From Acidobacteriota bacterium (GTDB taxonomy: Bacteria; Acidobacteriota; Vicinamibacteria; Vicinamibacterales; 2-12-FULL-66-21): 64,000 nt of DNA. A program made the position numbers and the translations under genes. This document shows, piece after piece, positions 46,875-55,610 of this stretch. The notes under the pieces are model-generated. The model was not told where the DNA came from. It saw nothing but the letters and a program-made list of their open reading frames with translations, and ran no database searches. How positions within the stretch are numbered: the first letter of the stretch is position 1; each line of letters starts with the position of its first letter. Location: assembly GCA_031361295.1 (NCBI GenBank), contig JANMCN010000133.1:8443-72442 (forward strand), in the 5' to 3' direction.

Positions 46875-47165
46875 TTGGTTGTGGTCTCGTGGGTCGTCTC
46901 AGGCGCCGCCCTGCTCCTGGCGATCGTCGCGCTGGCGATGGTCCGCCGCCAGGCGAACCAGTTTCGCACGCTGACCAAATCCTACTGGGAACTGCGATAC
47001 GACTACACGCGTCTGAGGTCGCGGCTGGCGCGCCTCGATCCCGATGAGGGGCCCGCCGGCGATCCGGCGCAGGACCCCGGCCACGGTGCCGCCGGAGCGG
47101 CTGCCCCCGCCGCCGCCACCGTGTCGTACGTCCCGCTGTCGACAATCAGGAAGAAAGACAAATAA
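46875..47165 (+). CDS. Small membrane-anchored hypothetical protein
   Basis: N-terminal TM, coiled segment YWELRY; 1-bp TAATG overlap with lpdA. Confidence 0.7.
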   Translation: MVVVSWVVSGAALLLAIVALAMVRRQANQFRTLTKSYWELRYDYTRLRSRLARLDPDEGPAGDPAQDPGHGAAGAAAPAAATVSYVPLSTIRKKDK

Positions 47166-48583
47166 TGGCGAACGACTACGACCTCGTCGTGATCGGTTCG
47201 GGGACAGGCGGTTACGTCGCCGCGATCCGCGCCGCGCAGCTCGGCCTCTCGACCGCTGTCGTGGAGCGTGCCCCGACGCTCGGGGGCACCTGTCTCAACT
47301 GGGGATGCATCCCGACCAAGGCCCTGCTCGAGCACGCGCATGCGCTGAAGGTCGCGCAGGAGTGGAAGGAGTGGGGCCTCACGCTCGGGCAGGCAGCCGT
47401 CGGGATCGACATGACCCAGGTGCACGCGCGCAAGGACAAGATCGTGAAGGGCCTCACCGGCGGCGTCGAGTTCCTGTTCAAGAAGCACAAGATCGCCTGG
47501 ATCAAAGGGAGCGGCCGGCTGGCGGGCAACGGGAAGGTCGACGTCACGGACGGGCAGGCCGGCACGGTCACCGCGCGACGCGAAATCATCGTCGCGACCG
47601 GGTCGCAGGCCAGGAGCGTGCCCGGCATCGAGATCGATCGCAAGCGCATCATCACGAGCGATGAGGCGATCGGGCTGAAGGCGATTCCCGCGTCTCTCGT
47701 GATCATGGGCAGCGGCGCCGTCGGCGTGGAGTTCGCGTCCATCTTCCGCCGCTTCGGCTCAGAGGTCACTATCATCGAGCTCCTGCCGCGCCTCGTGCCC
47801 GTCGAGGACGACGCGGTGTCGATCGAGCTCGAACGATCGTTCAAGAAGCAGGGGATCAAAGTGCTGACCGGGACCAGGGTGACGAGCGCCAGGGCCGGTG
47901 CCGACACCGTGGAAATCGAGGCCCAGACACCCGAGGGGAAGTCTCTGACGCTCAAGGCCGAGTACCTGCTGGTCGCGACGGGACGTGGCCCCGTGACGTC
48001 GGGTCTCGGGGCGGAAGACGCCGGTCTGCGCATGGAGCGTGGGTACATCCACGTCGACCGGGAGTTCCGCACGAGCGTACCCGGGATCTCGGCGATCGGG
48101 GACGTCATCACGTTCGACACCCCCGGGCACCCGCAGCTGGCGCATCTGTCGTCGGCCGAAGGGGTGGCGCTGGCCGAGCGAATCGCCGGCCGGGCATTCA
48201 ACCCGATCAATTACGACCAGGTGCCAGGCTGCACGTACTGCGACCCCGAGATCGGCAGCGTCGGGCTCACCGAGAAAGAGGCGCAACAGCGCGGGTACGA
48301 TGTGAAGACCGGCACGTTCAAGTTCGGCATCCTGGCGCGCGCCCGGATCGCGGGCGAGACCGAGGGCTTCGCCAAGATCGTCTTCGACAACAAGTACGAC
48401 GAGATCCTGGGCGTGCACCTGATCGGGCCGCGCTCGACCGAGCTCGTCGCGGAAGCCACCTTGGCGCTCCGGCTCGAGTGCACCGTCGAGGAGTTGATTC
48501 GGACCATACACGCGCACCCGACCATGTCGGAAGCCATCGGCGAAGCGGCCCACGCCGCCCACGGCGGGGCGATACATGCGTAA
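47165..48583 (+). CDS. lpdA: Dihydrolipoyl dehydrogenase (E3)
   Basis: GGTCLNWGCIPTK, HAHPTMSE. Confidence 0.96.
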   Translation: MANDYDLVVIGSGTGGYVAAIRAAQLGLSTAVVERAPTLGGTCLNWGCIPTKALLEHAHALKVAQEWKEWGLTLGQAAVGIDMTQVHARKDKIVKGLTGGVEFLFKKHKIAWIKGSGRLAGNGKVDVTDGQAGTVTARREIIVATGSQARSVPGIEIDRKRIITSDEAIGLKAIPASLVIMGSGAVGVEFASIFRRFGSEVTIIELLPRLVPVEDDAVSIELERSFKKQGIKVLTGTRVTSARAGADTVEIEAQTPEGKSLTLKAEYLLVATGRGPVTSGLGAEDAGLRMERGYIHVDREFRTSVPGISAIGDVITFDTPGHPQLAHLSSAEGVALAERIAGRAFNPINYDQVPGCTYCDPEIGSVGLTEKEAQQRGYDVKTGTFKFGILARARIAGETEGFAKIVFDNKYDEILGVHLIGPRSTELVAEATLALRLECTVEELIRTIHAHPTMSEAIGEAAHAAHGGAIHA

Positions 48584-48586
48584 AGG

Positions 48587-48751
48587 GCTTCCAGCGCCCA
48601 GCTCCCAGCTTCCAGCTCCCAGCTTCGAGCTTCCAGCTTCGAGCAGGGAATGACAGCGTGGTGAGCGAGGCCAGAGCGCCTCGCTCTCTGTTCACCGCGG
48701 AGGCGGGGTCACAAGCAAGGGCTGGAAGCGGGAAGCCGGACGCTGGAAGCG
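48587..48751. repeat. Heptamer-armed inverted-repeat element (GCTTCCA / TGGAAGC)
   Basis: gcttcca gcgccca gctccca gcttcca gctccca gcttcga gcttcca gcttcga ... tggaagc gggaagc cggacgc tggaagc. Confidence 0.82.
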
Positions 48752-48761
48752 AGCAAGCGAT

Positions 48762-50063
48762 ATGACCGACATCATGATGCCCCAGATGGGGGAGTCGATC
48801 GCGGAAGGCACGATCGTCCGCTGGATCAAGAAAGTCGGCGACGCGATCGATCGCGATGAGCCGCTGTTCGAGATTTCCACGGACAAGGTCGATGCCGAGA
48901 TCCCCTCGCCCGTCGCGGGTGTCCTCACCGAAATCAAGGTCAAGGAAGGCGAAACGGTCGCCGTCAACAGCGTGGTGGCGACGATCGGCGCGGCAGGTGA
49001 CACCCCAGCCGCAGGAGCCAGGCCCGGTCCCGAAGCTGCCGGCGGACTGCCGGAGGCGGCTGTCGGGCAGCCGGAGATCCCGACGATGGCCGGGGGCGCT
49101 GCGGCGAACGTGCCCGCGGCCCGGGTGCCGGATGCGGCGCCCACCCGATCGGGCGGGAGCACCAGAGAGGAGCTCAGACGGCAGAAGTCCTCGCCGCTGG
49201 TGAGACGCATCGCCCGGGATCACAACATCGATATCGGGCGGATTACGGGCAGCGGGCTGAGCGGCCGGGTCACCAAGCAGGACATCCTCGGGTTCATCGA
49301 ATCAGGGCGGTCCCTCGCCGCGCCGCGCGAGCCGCGCACGGGTGCGGCGGCCGGCCCGGTCTTCCAGCCGGGCGAGCACGTCCACATCGTGCCGATGAGC
49401 GTCATGCGGCGGAAGATTGCCGAGCACATGGTCCTCAGCTCGCACACGTCACCGCACGTGTACTCGGTGTACGAGGTGAATTTCTCACGGGTTGCCGGGC
49501 TCCGCGAACGGAAGAAAGCCGCGTACGAGGCGGCCGGCGCCAGGCTGACCTTCACCGCCTTCATCGCGAAGATTGCCGTCGAGGCTCTCCGGGAGTTCCC
49601 CCTCGTCAATGCGTCGGTCGACGGCGCCAACATCGTCTACAAGAAGGACATCAACCTCGGTATCGCGGTGGCCCTCGAGAACGGCCTGATCGTCCCGGTG
49701 ATTCGCAACGCCGACGAAAAGAATCTCCTCGGCCTGAGCCGGGCGATTGATGACCTCGCAACGCGTGCCCGCGCGAAAAAGCTCAACCCCGACGAGGTGC
49801 AGGGGGGGACGTTCACGATCACCAACCCCGGGATCTTCGGCGCACTCTACGGACTTCCGCTCATCAACCAGCCGCAGGTCGCCATCATGGGCGTCGGGAC
49901 CATCGAGAAACGGGCGGTCGTCATCGACGATGCGATTGCGATCAGGCCGATGTGCCACATCACGCTCGGCTACGACCACCGCCTCGTGGACGGCGCCGAC
50001 GCGGGCCGGTTCCTGACCTTCTTCAAGGAACGGCTCGAGAACTTCGAGGAGGCCTGGGTTTAG
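48762..50063 (+). CDS. 2-oxoacid dehydrogenase E2 (dihydrolipoamide acyltransferase)
   Basis: Lipoyl STDKV, E3-binding SPLVRRIA, catalytic DHRLVDG. Confidence 0.93.
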   Translation: MTDIMMPQMGESIAEGTIVRWIKKVGDAIDRDEPLFEISTDKVDAEIPSPVAGVLTEIKVKEGETVAVNSVVATIGAAGDTPAAGARPGPEAAGGLPEAAVGQPEIPTMAGGAAANVPAARVPDAAPTRSGGSTREELRRQKSSPLVRRIARDHNIDIGRITGSGLSGRVTKQDILGFIESGRSLAAPREPRTGAAAGPVFQPGEHVHIVPMSVMRRKIAEHMVLSSHTSPHVYSVYEVNFSRVAGLRERKKAAYEAAGARLTFTAFIAKIAVEALREFPLVNASVDGANIVYKKDINLGIAVALENGLIVPVIRNADEKNLLGLSRAIDDLATRARAKKLNPDEVQGGTFTITNPGIFGALYGLPLINQPQVAIMGVGTIEKRAVVIDDAIAIRPMCHITLGYDHRLVDGADAGRFLTFFKERLENFEEAWV

Positions 50064-50067
50064 CGAC

Positions 50068-50751
50068 GTGCCCGTGACCCCTCCACCAGTGCGGCCACTG
50101 CGTGTCCGGCGCCTGGGGGTCGTCCCGTACGGCGACGCGCTGCAGCTGCAGCGCCAGCTCGTCGAGGAGCGCAAGGCAAACCTGATCCCCGATCAGCTGC
50201 TCCTCCTCGAACACCCGCCCGTGATCACCCTTGGCGTGAAGGCCCGCGGCGTTCGGTCGCATGTGCTCGAGACTCCGGCGCGCCTCTTGGCGCGAGGCAT
50301 CGACGTCGTCGAGACCGGCCGGGGCGGCGACGTGACGTACCACGGTCCGGGCCAGCTGGTCGGCTACCCGATTATCGACCTCTCCCCCGATCGCCGCGAC
50401 GTTCACCAGTACGTGCGCGACCTCGAGGAAGTCCTGATAAGGGCTGTGGCGGAGTTCGGGGTCACCGCCGGCCGCGCCCCCGGGTTGACAGGCGTGTGGG
50501 TCGGAGACACGAAACTGGCGGCCATCGGTGTGCGGATCGCGCGCTGGGTCACCAGCCACGGGTTTGCCCTGAATGTCGGCACCAATCTCGAGCCCTTCGG
50601 CCTGATCGTTCCGTGCGGGATTACCGGCAAAGGGATCACCTCGCTGGAGACATTGACCGGCCGTCCCGTTCCGATGAGCGATGTGGAAGCCGCCACTGCC
50701 AGCGCCTTCGCCGCCATCTTCGGCCGCTTCGTCTGTGCCCCCTCCTCCTGA
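50068..50751 (+). CDS. lipB: Lipoyl(octanoyl) transferase
   Basis: LEHPPVITLG, RGGDVTYHGPGQ, KLAAIG, HGFALN, PCG. Confidence 0.95.
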   Translation: MPVTPPPVRPLRVRRLGVVPYGDALQLQRQLVEERKANLIPDQLLLLEHPPVITLGVKARGVRSHVLETPARLLARGIDVVETGRGGDVTYHGPGQLVGYPIIDLSPDRRDVHQYVRDLEEVLIRAVAEFGVTAGRAPGLTGVWVGDTKLAAIGVRIARWVTSHGFALNVGTNLEPFGLIVPCGITGKGITSLETLTGRPVPMSDVEAATASAFAAIFGRFVCAPSS

Positions 50752-50857
50752 TGCGCATCTCGACGGTAAGTCGTTGATTCAACGGCACTATCCATCGGGG
50801 TTGGGCGTGCAGGAATAAGGTATCGCGGTCTGGTGTTTTCCCTCTCGGAGGCCCCAG

Positions 50858-51478
50858 ATGCGTCAGCCGGAAGAGCAGGAATTGATTGGCAGGATGCAGG
50901 CGGGGGACAGCACGGCCGTGACCGACCTCGCGTCGACTTACGGACCGCGAATCCACCAGCTTGCGTTCCGATATTTGAAGAACTGGGAAGATGCCGAAGA
51001 GGTGACCCAGGACGTGTTGATGAAAGTACACAGGAAGATCGATGCGTTCCGCGGCGATGCGGCGCTCTCTTCCTGGATTTACCGGATCACGTTCAACACG
51101 GCCATGTCGCGGCTTCGTAATGGCCGCTTCAGCCGCCCGCACGAGGTCTCACGGCAGGAGGTCCTTTCGACCGACGGGTCAGATCGGCCGCAGCCGCAGG
51201 AACCGGCGGACTGGTCATCCCTGGCCGACGACCGCGTGCTGCGTGGCGAGATGCGCGAACGGTTGATCTCGGCTCTGACCCACTTGCCCGAGGTATATCG
51301 CGTTCCGGTGATCCTGCGCGACATCAACGGGCTGTCGACGGAAGAGGCGAGTGCCGTGCTCCGTGTGAAGCCGCAGACGCTGAAGTCGCGTCTCCACCGC
51401 GGCCGTCTCATTCTTCGTGAGCATCTCGGCGCGTTCGCCGGAGGGCTCGCGCTCCACTCACGGGAAGCGGCGCACTAG
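50858..51478 (+). CDS. ECF RNA polymerase sigma factor
   Basis: DAEEVTQD, SWIYRI, KSRLHRGR. Confidence 0.92.
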   Translation: MRQPEEQELIGRMQAGDSTAVTDLASTYGPRIHQLAFRYLKNWEDAEEVTQDVLMKVHRKIDAFRGDAALSSWIYRITFNTAMSRLRNGRFSRPHEVSRQEVLSTDGSDRPQPQEPADWSSLADDRVLRGEMRERLISALTHLPEVYRVPVILRDINGLSTEEASAVLRVKPQTLKSRLHRGRLILREHLGAFAGGLALHSREAAH

Positions 51479-52315
51479 TCATCGGTTCCTCTCGAGCGCG
51501 TTGTCGAGCAGCGTTCGTTCCTGCGGGGTGAGCGCGGGTTCGACGACGCGCAGGACGCCGTCCTCGTCGAGCTCGACGGGCATTGCGGCCGCGCGACCGC
51601 GCCCGAGCGCGACAAAACAGGAAAATCGGCGCCGAGAGCCGTCGACGATGGCCTCGACGATACGGGCAGCCGCCGAGGCGAGCGCATACGGCCCGGGAGG
51701 CCAGAGCCCCGGGATGCGCGAGGCGAGCCCCGCGATCTCGTGTGCGGCAATCTGACTCGACAGGGGCTGCCCGAAGGCCGTCGCCTCCTCCCACGCCACG
51801 ACCGCCGAGTCGGGCGGCGCCCCGAGCACCCGCAGCGAGATTTCCACGCCCGATCCGTCCACCACGAGCCCGGCAAGTGCGCGCAAGGCTGACTCCAGTG
51901 CGAAGGGAGCGGACCCGATCAGCCGGGCGGGATTCATGCGCAGCTCGAACGCCGCCTGTCGCAGCAGTTCCTGGTGCGTCGCGCCCGCGAATACGATGGG
52001 GGTGGCTTTCTCGAACCGCGCGACCTCTCTGAGGACCGCGAGACCGGTGTCGCCGGAGTACTCTGCGCCGCCCGCCGCCTGATCCGCCAGAACGATCGCC
52101 GCCGCGCCTGCCGCGGCCAGGATCGAGGTCCCTCCGCTCAGTCGGGTGCTGAACCCTTCGATCGGAGCGGACTGCACGATGTCGAGGGCCTTTCCTGCCG
52201 CGACGCTTCCGTCCCCGTCTATCAGACGGACCTCGCGGATGCGGTCGCGGGCCGCAATCTTGTGCGCAATCGCACCGCCCAGGGGGCCGGCGCCAAGGAT
52301 GGCGATGAAAGACAT
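51479..52315 (-). CDS. Malate/lactate dehydrogenase-fold protein, catalytically degenerate
   Basis: GAGPLG, AAGKALDI, PGPYALA retained; catalytic H/D/R motifs replaced. Confidence 0.78.
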   Translation of the reverse strand: MSFIAILGAGPLGGAIAHKIAARDRIREVRLIDGDGSVAAGKALDIVQSAPIEGFSTRLSGGTSILAAAGAAAIVLADQAAGGAEYSGDTGLAVLREVARFEKATPIVFAGATHQELLRQAAFELRMNPARLIGSAPFALESALRALAGLVVDGSGVEISLRVLGAPPDSAVVAWEEATAFGQPLSSQIAAHEIAGLASRIPGLWPPGPYALASAAARIVEAIVDGSRRRFSCFVALGRGRAAAMPVELDEDGVLRVVEPALTPQERTLLDNALERNR

Positions 52316-52339
52316 CAGAAGGACTTGTATTCTAGTGGC

Positions 52340-53086
52340 ATGATTCCAGACTCTCCAACGCTGTCGGGCCGTGTGGCCCTCGTCACGGGCGGATCGAGGG
52401 GGATCGGGCTTGCGATCGCGAAATCGCTGCTCGACGCCGGCGCGAGCGTCGTCATCACCGGGCGCGACCGGGCCAAGCTCGAGCAGGCGATGCAGCAACT
52501 GGCGTCGAGCGTGCGCGGCGACCGGATACACTCAGCAACGGCCGATGTGGGCAACGCGCTGGAAGCCGCGGCGGCCGTCGCGGCGTGCGTGGACAGGTTC
52601 GGCGGACTCGATATCCTCATCAACAACGCCGGCCTCGGCACGTTCGCTGCGGTGGCCGACATGGCGATCGAGGACTGGCAGCAGGTCATTGACACGAACC
52701 TCAGCGGCGTGTTTTTCTGCTGTCACGCCGCCATCCCACGCCTGCGTGCGCGGGGCGGCGGCTGGATCATCAGCATCAGCAGCCTTGCCGGCAGGAACCC
52801 TTTCACCGGTGGTGCCGCGTATTGCGCGTCGAAGGCGGGCCTCAACGCCTTCAGCGAAGCCCTCATGCAGGAGGTGCGTCACGACGATATCCGGGTCAGC
52901 TGCGTGATGCCCGGATCGGTCGCCACAGGCTTCGGGCGCGGGAGCGCTCCTGCGGCGGCGCAGCCGGAATGGAAGCTGGCGCCGGAGGACGTGGCGGAAG
53001 TCGTCCTGGATCTCCTCCGACACCCCGCACGAAGTCTCCCGAGCCTGGTGGAGCTCAGGCCGTCGAAGCCCCCGAAGAAAGGTTGA
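52340..53086 (+). CDS. SDR family oxidoreductase
   Basis: TGGSRGIG, NNAG, YCASK. Confidence 0.93.
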   Translation: MIPDSPTLSGRVALVTGGSRGIGLAIAKSLLDAGASVVITGRDRAKLEQAMQQLASSVRGDRIHSATADVGNALEAAAAVAACVDRFGGLDILINNAGLGTFAAVADMAIEDWQQVIDTNLSGVFFCCHAAIPRLRARGGGWIISISSLAGRNPFTGGAAYCASKAGLNAFSEALMQEVRHDDIRVSCVMPGSVATGFGRGSAPAAAQPEWKLAPEDVAEVVLDLLRHPARSLPSLVELRPSKPPKKG

Positions 53087-53171
53087 AGGTCGAACGCTGA
53101 AGGCTGAACCCGTCACGAGTCCCGACCCCCGACCGGCGCGAGCGATCGCCCATTACAACCTCCTCCAACGG

Positions 53172-54101
53172 ATGGGTGAGGGCGCGCTGGGCGAAGTCTA
53201 TCGTGCCCGGGATACGAAGTTCGGGCGCACGGTGGCCATCAAGCTCGTACCGGATTCCTTGTTCGCCGATGCGACGTCGCTCGGATATTTCGAGCAGGAC
53301 GCCCGCGCCGCGGCCACGCTTTCCCATCCCAACATCGCGACGCTGTTCGACGTCGGGCAGTACGACGGCGGGTGGTATCTCGCGTATGAATTCGCCGCCG
53401 GTGTGACGCTTCGCGAGGAGACGGCCGGAGGGGCGGTCAGTCCGCGCCGCGCGCTCGAACTGGCGGTGCAGATCGCGGACGCACTCGCCGACGCGCATGC
53501 GCGCGGGGTTCTGCACGGCGACCTTCGGCCGGACAGCATCTTCGTCACGAAGAAAGGCAGCGCCAAGGTCCTCGAATTCGGCATGGGACATTGGACCCGC
53601 GGCGGCCAGACGCGGATCCGGGCCGCGGCGCAGCCCGAGTCGATCGCCGAGAATACTTCGACGACGGTGAGTTACATGTCGCCGGAACAGGCCGGCGGCG
53701 GCACGGTGGACGCGCGCACCGACGTCTTCTCGCTGGGCGTCATCCTCTACGAGATGCTCAGCGGCCGAAACCCGCTTGCCGCCCCCACGGCGGCCGAGAC
53801 ATTGTCGAGAGTCGTGGACAGCACCCCTCTTCCCCTGCTGCCGGAGACCCCGCTTACGGGGGATCTTCCCGCCGTGGTTGCCCGAGGGGTTGCCAAGTCA
53901 GCGGACGTTCGGTATCAGAGTGCTGCGGCGTTTTCGGCGGAGTTGCGGCGCGTGGAAGCGTTCATGGACGTGCGATCGGGCGACCGTCCCGCGCAGGCAT
54001 CGCTGCACATCGACGAGGAGCCGAGCCGCGCCGGCATGTGGTGGACGATCGCCGCCGGAGCCGCAGCGCTCGGCGCGCTGCTGTTCTGGGCGTTCAAATA
54101 G
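53172..54101 (+). CDS. Ser/Thr kinase-like protein with C-terminal TM (probable pseudokinase)
   Basis: GEGALGEVY, AIK, HGDLRPDS, EFG, SPE; true start may be upstream. Confidence 0.82.
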   Translation: MGEGALGEVYRARDTKFGRTVAIKLVPDSLFADATSLGYFEQDARAAATLSHPNIATLFDVGQYDGGWYLAYEFAAGVTLREETAGGAVSPRRALELAVQIADALADAHARGVLHGDLRPDSIFVTKKGSAKVLEFGMGHWTRGGQTRIRAAAQPESIAENTSTTVSYMSPEQAGGGTVDARTDVFSLGVILYEMLSGRNPLAAPTAAETLSRVVDSTPLPLLPETPLTGDLPAVVARGVAKSADVRYQSAAAFSAELRRVEAFMDVRSGDRPAQASLHIDEEPSRAGMWWTIAAGAAALGALLFWAFK

Positions 54102-54198
54102 GATCGGTCGGACGTATCAGTCGCCATTTTCTCAGGGCGGCGCCTTCCGTCCGAAGGCTGAAGCCAGAAGACGAATCCCGAGCCCCGAATCCCGGTGG

Positions 54199-54576
54199 TT
54201 ATTGAGTGGTGCCGCCGTCGCGTGAGCCGGCGGAGAGCAGGATGTCCGCGAGCCGCGTCGAGAATGCCGAGCGCGCCAGGACCTCGTCTATTCCGGCGGC
54301 GCGCGCCGCCTGGATGACGTCAGTATGGACGTGCGAGACGAAGCCGAGCGTACGCACCGACGCGAGCGCGGCATCGCGCTTCATCGCCGACACGGTCTCG
54401 ATGGGTTGTGTCTTGGAGCTGTTCAAATCGAAGATGACGAGTGCCGGCTTGAGCGCCCGCACCTGGCTGATCATTTCTTCCGGCGTCCGCGCAAACACCA
54501 GGTCGACTCCCGCGAGCCTGGCCGTGGTCCTGATTTTCGACCGGAACAGCATGTCGTCAACGGCCGCGAGAATCAT
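54199..54576 (-). CDS. Single-domain response regulator (atypical receiver)
   Basis: VDD, IFDLN, FVSHV, AGIDEVLARS (conserved Lys absent). Confidence 0.8.
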   Translation of the reverse strand: MILAAVDDMLFRSKIRTTARLAGVDLVFARTPEEMISQVRALKPALVIFDLNSSKTQPIETVSAMKRDAALASVRTLGFVSHVHTDVIQAARAAGIDEVLARSAFSTRLADILLSAGSRDGGTTQ

Positions 54577-54591
54577 CGGGGGAATACGCTA

Positions 54592-54643
54592 TCAGACTTC
54601 AGCCTTCAGGCTTCAGCTTTCAGAACAGCCTTCGGCTTTCAGC
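54592..54643. repeat. Heptamer tandem array (NCTTCAG)
   Basis: acttcag ccttcag gcttcag ctttcag ... ccttcgg ctttcag. Confidence 0.75.
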
Positions 54644-54681
54644 CCAAGGAATGCGGAAATTCGCGTCAGACAGGCTCGCCC

Positions 54682-55317
54682 ATGATTCTCGAGATCCGCT
54701 CGGCCCCACCCTTTTTCAAGAATGGCTTCGTCCTGGGATGCGAGGACACCCGCGAGGGAATCATCATCGATCCGGGAGACGACGTCGAGGAGCTCATCGC
54801 ATCGGTCGGGCAGCATGCCTTGACGATTCGCTACATCCTGCTCACCCACGCGCACCTGGATCACATCACGGGCGTGGCCGCGGCGAAGCGGGCGTTTGCC
54901 GCGCCGGTCGGGCTCCACCGGAGCGACAACTTCCTGTACGAGGCCGTCGTGCAACAGGGACAGATGTTCGGGCTGCGCGTCGAGGCGCAGCCGTCGGTGG
55001 ACTTCTTCTACGACGGCCCTGGCCCCTACCGGTTCGGGAACTTCGGGGCCTGGATCCTTCACACGCCGGGTCATTGCCCTGGCGGCGTGTGTCTGGCGGT
55101 TGGCCGGGAAGGGGAGGCGGAGCGGCGGCTGTTCGTCGGCGACACCCTGTTCGCGGGTTCGATCGGCAGAACCGACCTTCCCGGTGCGGATCATGAGACG
55201 CTGCTTCGATCGATCCGCGACGTGCTGTTCAAATTCCCGGACGAGACGGCCGTGTATCCCGGGCATGGAAACCCGACGACGATCGGGGTCGAGAGGCGCA
55301 CCAACCCGTTCCTCTGA
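54682..55317 (+). CDS. MBL-fold metallo-hydrolase (glyoxalase II/YcbL-like)
   Basis: THAHLDH, HTPGH, GDTLFAGSIGRTD, PGHG. Confidence 0.92.
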   Translation: MILEIRSAPPFFKNGFVLGCEDTREGIIIDPGDDVEELIASVGQHALTIRYILLTHAHLDHITGVAAAKRAFAAPVGLHRSDNFLYEAVVQQGQMFGLRVEAQPSVDFFYDGPGPYRFGNFGAWILHTPGHCPGGVCLAVGREGEAERRLFVGDTLFAGSIGRTDLPGADHETLLRSIRDVLFKFPDETAVYPGHGNPTTIGVERRTNPFL

Positions 55318-55319
55318 GT

Positions 55320-55607
55320 TCACCGGGAGACGACGAGCTCGACGCGCCCGACGCCGAGCCTGTCGCCCTCTTTCAGGAGGGCCTTCGTCACCCGTTGTCC
55401 GTTGACGAAGGTTCCGTTCGTGCTTTCGAGGTCCACCACTTCGAGCTCCGCGGCCCCGGCCGCCAGCTGACAATGGAGCCTGGAGACCATGGCGGCGTCG
55501 ACGATGAACTCGGCGCCCGGGGAGCGGCCGATCGTCTTGATGCTGCCCGGCAGGATGCGGAAGGTGAGCGACGGCTCAGCCAGGTCGGCGGTTTTCAGCA
55601 CCCACAT
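55320..55607 (-). CDS. FHA domain protein
   Basis: IGRS, VSRLH, STNGTFVNG. Confidence 0.92.
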   Translation of the reverse strand: MWVLKTADLAEPSLTFRILPGSIKTIGRSPGAEFIVDAAMVSRLHCQLAAGAAELEVVDLESTNGTFVNGQRVTKALLKEGDRLGVGRVELVVSR

Positions 55608-55610
55608 GCG

